Positions 29,457 to 32,000 of a stretch of 32,000 nt of DNA are shown piece after piece. Every line of letters begins with the position of its first letter. Positions within the stretch are counted from its first letter, which is position 1. This DNA is from Acaryochloris marina S15 (GTDB lineage: Bacteria; Cyanobacteriota; Cyanobacteriia; Thermosynechococcales; Thermosynechococcaceae): the NCBI RefSeq assembly GCF_018336915.1, contig NZ_CP064923.1, forward strand, positions 720,001 to 752,000, in the 5' to 3' direction. Position numbers and translations under genes: made by a program. The notes beneath the pieces are model-generated. The model searched no databases and was not told where the DNA came from. It worked only from the letters and a program-made list of their open reading frames with translations.

Positions 29457-29502
29457 AAATTCATATCAATCAAATAATGAGTTATTTGATTGATATGAAT
29501 TT
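29457..29502. repeat. 21-bp perfect AT-rich inverted repeat (hairpin, 4-nt loop)
   Basis: 29457-29477 (AAATTCATATCAATCAAATAA) pairs perfectly with 29482-29502. The loop is TGAG. It lies in the 549-nt gap between the repeat-protein gene and the parvulin-like gene. Confidence 0.85.
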
Positions 29503-29741
29503 CTTAAACTGGTTACTAAATATAGATTTCAGGTGATGATGCTTTCAGTAATCCTGAGAGAACTATCTTCTAATTCTTAAGCCCAAGAAAACTGATATTT
29601 GGATAGATTGGTACATGGTATAACCATGAGTAATTTAGCCTTACGCATGTTTGATAGCTATGAACAATTCTTATAAAGAAGATATATACTAGTATTTTGC
29701 AAAAAAATAGAAAAAATTTCTTATTTAATATCTCTTACTGA

Positions 29742-30491
29742 ATGATGAATATAGACTTTCACGGGATTTCAATTGAGATAGCTGAGGTGCTAGAAACACT
29801 CAGGCAAAATATGAGTCTAGTGGAGGTCTGCGAGCAAACTCTTAAACAAAAAATCATTCTTCAAACAGCTGATTCCCAAAATATTACTGTTACACCTGAG
29901 GAAATTCAAAATGAAGTAGATGAAATTCGCCGTAATAAGCATTTGGAGAAGGCATCTGATACAATGGCCTGGCTTAACGAGCAAATGGTTACTCCAGATG
30001 AGTGGGAAATTGCAATTCAGGGTCACTTGCTTACGAAAAAGTTGGCTACATATCTATTTGAAGAGAAAGTAGAATCTTACTTTGCTGAAAGGCGACTAAA
30101 TTTTGATCGTTTTGTAATTTATCAAATTAGTGTTGACTGTCAAAAATTTGCTCAAGAATTATTTTATCAAATTGAAGAAGAAGAAATTAGTTTTTATGAA
30201 GCAGCTCATCTTTATGATCTTGATGAAAGAGCTCGCTCTCTTTGCGGTTATACAGGTGAGACAAACCGCTTAAGTTTCTCTCCAGGTATTGCTGCAGCTA
30301 TTTTTCAAGATCCTTTACCAATAGGAGTTTTGCTAGGGCCAATTCAAACAGAAGAAGTGCATCATCTGGTAAGGATTGAAAAATATATACCTGCAGATTT
30401 AACACCCATTGTAAGGCAAGAAATTCTCGATAGCTTATTTGAAGAGTGGATTAGTAAAGAATTAAATTATATTATTAATATGCAACAATAA
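29742..30491 (+). CDS. SurA-N/parvulin-like (PpiC-type) protein, no signal peptide, probably catalytically degenerate
   Basis: The N-terminal chaperone-like region is QKIILQTADSQNITVTPEEIQNEVDEIRRNK. The C-terminal region follows the parvulin layout: FVIYQISV...AQELFYQIEEEEISFYEAAHLYDLD...GYTGE...FSPGIAAAIF...GPIQTEEVHHLVRIEK. The position of the usual first His (xSHIL) reads IYQIS. Confidence 0.65.
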   Translation: MMNIDFHGISIEIAEVLETLRQNMSLVEVCEQTLKQKIILQTADSQNITVTPEEIQNEVDEIRRNKHLEKASDTMAWLNEQMVTPDEWEIAIQGHLLTKKLATYLFEEKVESYFAERRLNFDRFVIYQISVDCQKFAQELFYQIEEEEISFYEAAHLYDLDERARSLCGYTGETNRLSFSPGIAAAIFQDPLPIGVLLGPIQTEEVHHLVRIEKYIPADLTPIVRQEILDSLFEEWISKELNYIINMQQ

Positions 30492-30538
30492 AAACATAAT
30501 GAATCACATAATCTAAAATACTAGAGCATTAAATATTT

Positions 30539-32000
30539 TTATAATTCTAATTGTTGCTGAGCTAAGTAGAAATAAAGTCCTTGTTGTTGAATTAACTCTT
30601 CATGAGTGCCTTTCTCAACGAGAATCCCTTTATCTAGAACAATGATACAGTCAGCGTTGCGTACTGTTGAAAGTCGATGGGCAATAATAAAAGTTGTCCG
30701 TTCTCGTGCTAAACGCTTTAAATTTTCTTGAAATCTTCGTTCTGATTCAGTGTCAAGAGAGCTGGTTGCCTCATCGAAGATTAGTATAGGTGGCTTCTCA
30801 AGTAAAGCTCTGGCAATTGCAATTCTTTGTCTTTGTCCCCCCGAAAGATTAGTACCCCATTCACCTACTTTGGTACTATATCCGAGAGGAAAAGCCTGAA
30901 TAAAAGCATGCGCTTCTGCAAGCTTAGCAGTGTCAATAGCTTGCTCTAGACTAAATTTGGGCTGGTGGAGTGTAATATTTTCTAGGATTGTTCCCGAGAA
31001 TAAAAAACACTCTTGTGGTACTACTCCTAGTTGGGAGCGGAGCGATTTAAGTGATAAATGGTTGAGATCGTGTCCATCAATCCAAATTTGACCACTGGTC
31101 GGTTGGTATAGACCTTGAAGTAATTTGACTAAAGTACTTTTTCCTGAGCCACTACGTCCAACTATTGCCAAAGTTTGTCCTTTCTTGACTTCAAAAGAGA
31201 TGTTTTGAAGAGCATTCCTCTCTTCTTCTGATTCGTAACGAAAACTGATATTATCAAATCGAATATTTCCTTCTATGTTTGGTAGAGCTGTAGAAGATTT
31301 TTGTGATTTCTCCTCAGGTTGGTAATCAAAGATATCATTTAACTTTTCGACGGAAATTAAAACTTCTTGCAATTCATCCCATAGCCCTACAAGTGTAATG
31401 AAAGGACTAATAACATGGCCTTTCATCATGCTAAAAGCAACATATTGACCTATGGTTAGTTGATCTTGGATGACTAAAGTAGCCCCGTACCAAAGTAAAG
31501 CTGTTCCACCAATCGTATTAATTAAGCCACTGAGCACTCCTAAGTGAATGGCAAGTTTTTGGCCTTTGAATTGTATATTGAGCTGATGGGTTAATTTATC
31601 TTCCCAACGCCAGCGGAATTCTTGTTCTACAGCGACAGATTTAACTGTGGATATACCCGATAGCATTTCGACTAACGTAGAGTTCTCATCTGCTGTAGCA
31701 TTAAACTCTTCACGAGAAATCTTACGAAGTAAAGGTGTTGAAACCAAGGTGAGAACTACAATAGGAGGGATAATGGCTAATACTAAAACTGTGAGCTGCC
31801 AGTTGTAGTAAAGCATCAAACATAGATAGATAATTCCAGTCACTAAATCTAGCCAAGATAGCAATACCTGCCCGATTAGGAATTGTTGAATCTTTTCATT
31901 TTCCTGAACCCGCGTAATGATGTCGCCTACTCTGCGCGATTCAAAAAATTTAATCGGTAAATTGAGAGTATGCCTAATCAAGCCGCTAATCAATGTTAGA
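30539..32000 (-). CDS. HlyB/PCAT-family type I secretion ABC exporter (TMD+NBD), 5' end outside the window
   Basis: IKFFESRRVGDIITRVQENEKIQQFLIGQ is colinear with the HlyB TMD motif as I recall it (YFESRRVGD...). Walker A is GRSGSGKST, the signature is LSGGQRQRIAIARAL, Walker B is ILIFDEATSSLD and the H-loop is IIAHRLSTV. The frame stays open to the window edge. Confidence 0.93.
   Translation of the reverse strand, partial: LTLISGLIRHTLNLPIKFFESRRVGDIITRVQENEKIQQFLIGQVLLSWLDLVTGIIYLCLMLYYNWQLTVLVLAIIPPIVVLTLVSTPLLRKISREEFNATADENSTLVEMLSGISTVKSVAVEQEFRWRWEDKLTHQLNIQFKGQKLAIHLGVLSGLINTIGGTALLWYGATLVIQDQLTIGQYVAFSMMKGHVISPFITLVGLWDELQEVLISVEKLNDIFDYQPEEKSQKSSTALPNIEGNIRFDNISFRYESEEERNALQNISFEVKKGQTLAIVGRSGSGKSTLVKLLQGLYQPTSGQIWIDGHDLNHLSLKSLRSQLGVVPQECFLFSGTILENITLHQPKFSLEQAIDTAKLAEAHAFIQAFPLGYSTKVGEWGTNLSGGQRQRIAIARALLEKPPILIFDEATSSLDTESERRFQENLKRLARERTTFIIAHRLSTVRNADCIIVLDKGILVEKGTHEELIQQQGLYFYLAQQQLEL

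Noticed and set aside
31975-32000. One-base discrepancy at the last line break of the printed sequence
   Set aside because: The ORF-track translation (…MISGLIRH) requires AATCAAGCCGCT across 31976-31987, whereas the printed text reads AATCAGCCGCT, so the last line has 19 bases. This is most likely a formatting loss of one A rather than anything biological. Coordinates beyond 31980 should be treated as uncertain by 1.

Overview
This looks like a cyanobacterial chromosomal segment. By eye I found 12 copies of the HIP1 octamer GCGATCGC, where about 0.5 would be expected by chance. Vipp1/IM30, an SLH-type porin and a HisZ plus short-HisG pair also fit cyanobacteria.

Positions 1 to about 26.1 kb are ordinary, well-supported housekeeping genes: a fused PhnE-like permease, eno, gloA, a porin, rlmN, rpsD, ispD, a GT9 glycosyltransferase, tRNA-Ser(GGA), a [2Fe-2S] ferredoxin, an IMPase-family phosphatase, a J-domain/TPR protein, hisZ, hisG, an FHA membrane protein, several secreted or lipoproteins, an aminotransferase, vipp1, a Tat-signal aldo/keto reductase, gltA, tRNA-His(GTG) and an LRR protein.

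From about 26.1 kb to the right edge the character changes. Intergenic spacers become long and very AT-rich and contain unusually long perfect hairpins. They separate a compact accessory locus of five genes:
- a 99-aa peptide with a double-glycine-type leader
- a leaderless Ser-rich small ORF
- a 444-aa protein in which isolated RTX-like GGxGxD turns alternate with Ala-rich segments
- a signal-less, apparently degenerate SurA/parvulin-like protein
- an HlyB/PCAT-family ABC exporter that runs off the window

The window contains no peptide-modifying enzyme, membrane-fusion protein, integrase, transposase or CRISPR array. This locus is the best candidate for an undescribed export or bacteriocin-like system. 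The decisive parts, the exporter N-terminal domain and any MFP, lie just beyond the right edge.

All family calls come from motif recognition in the supplied translations. No database search was possible.
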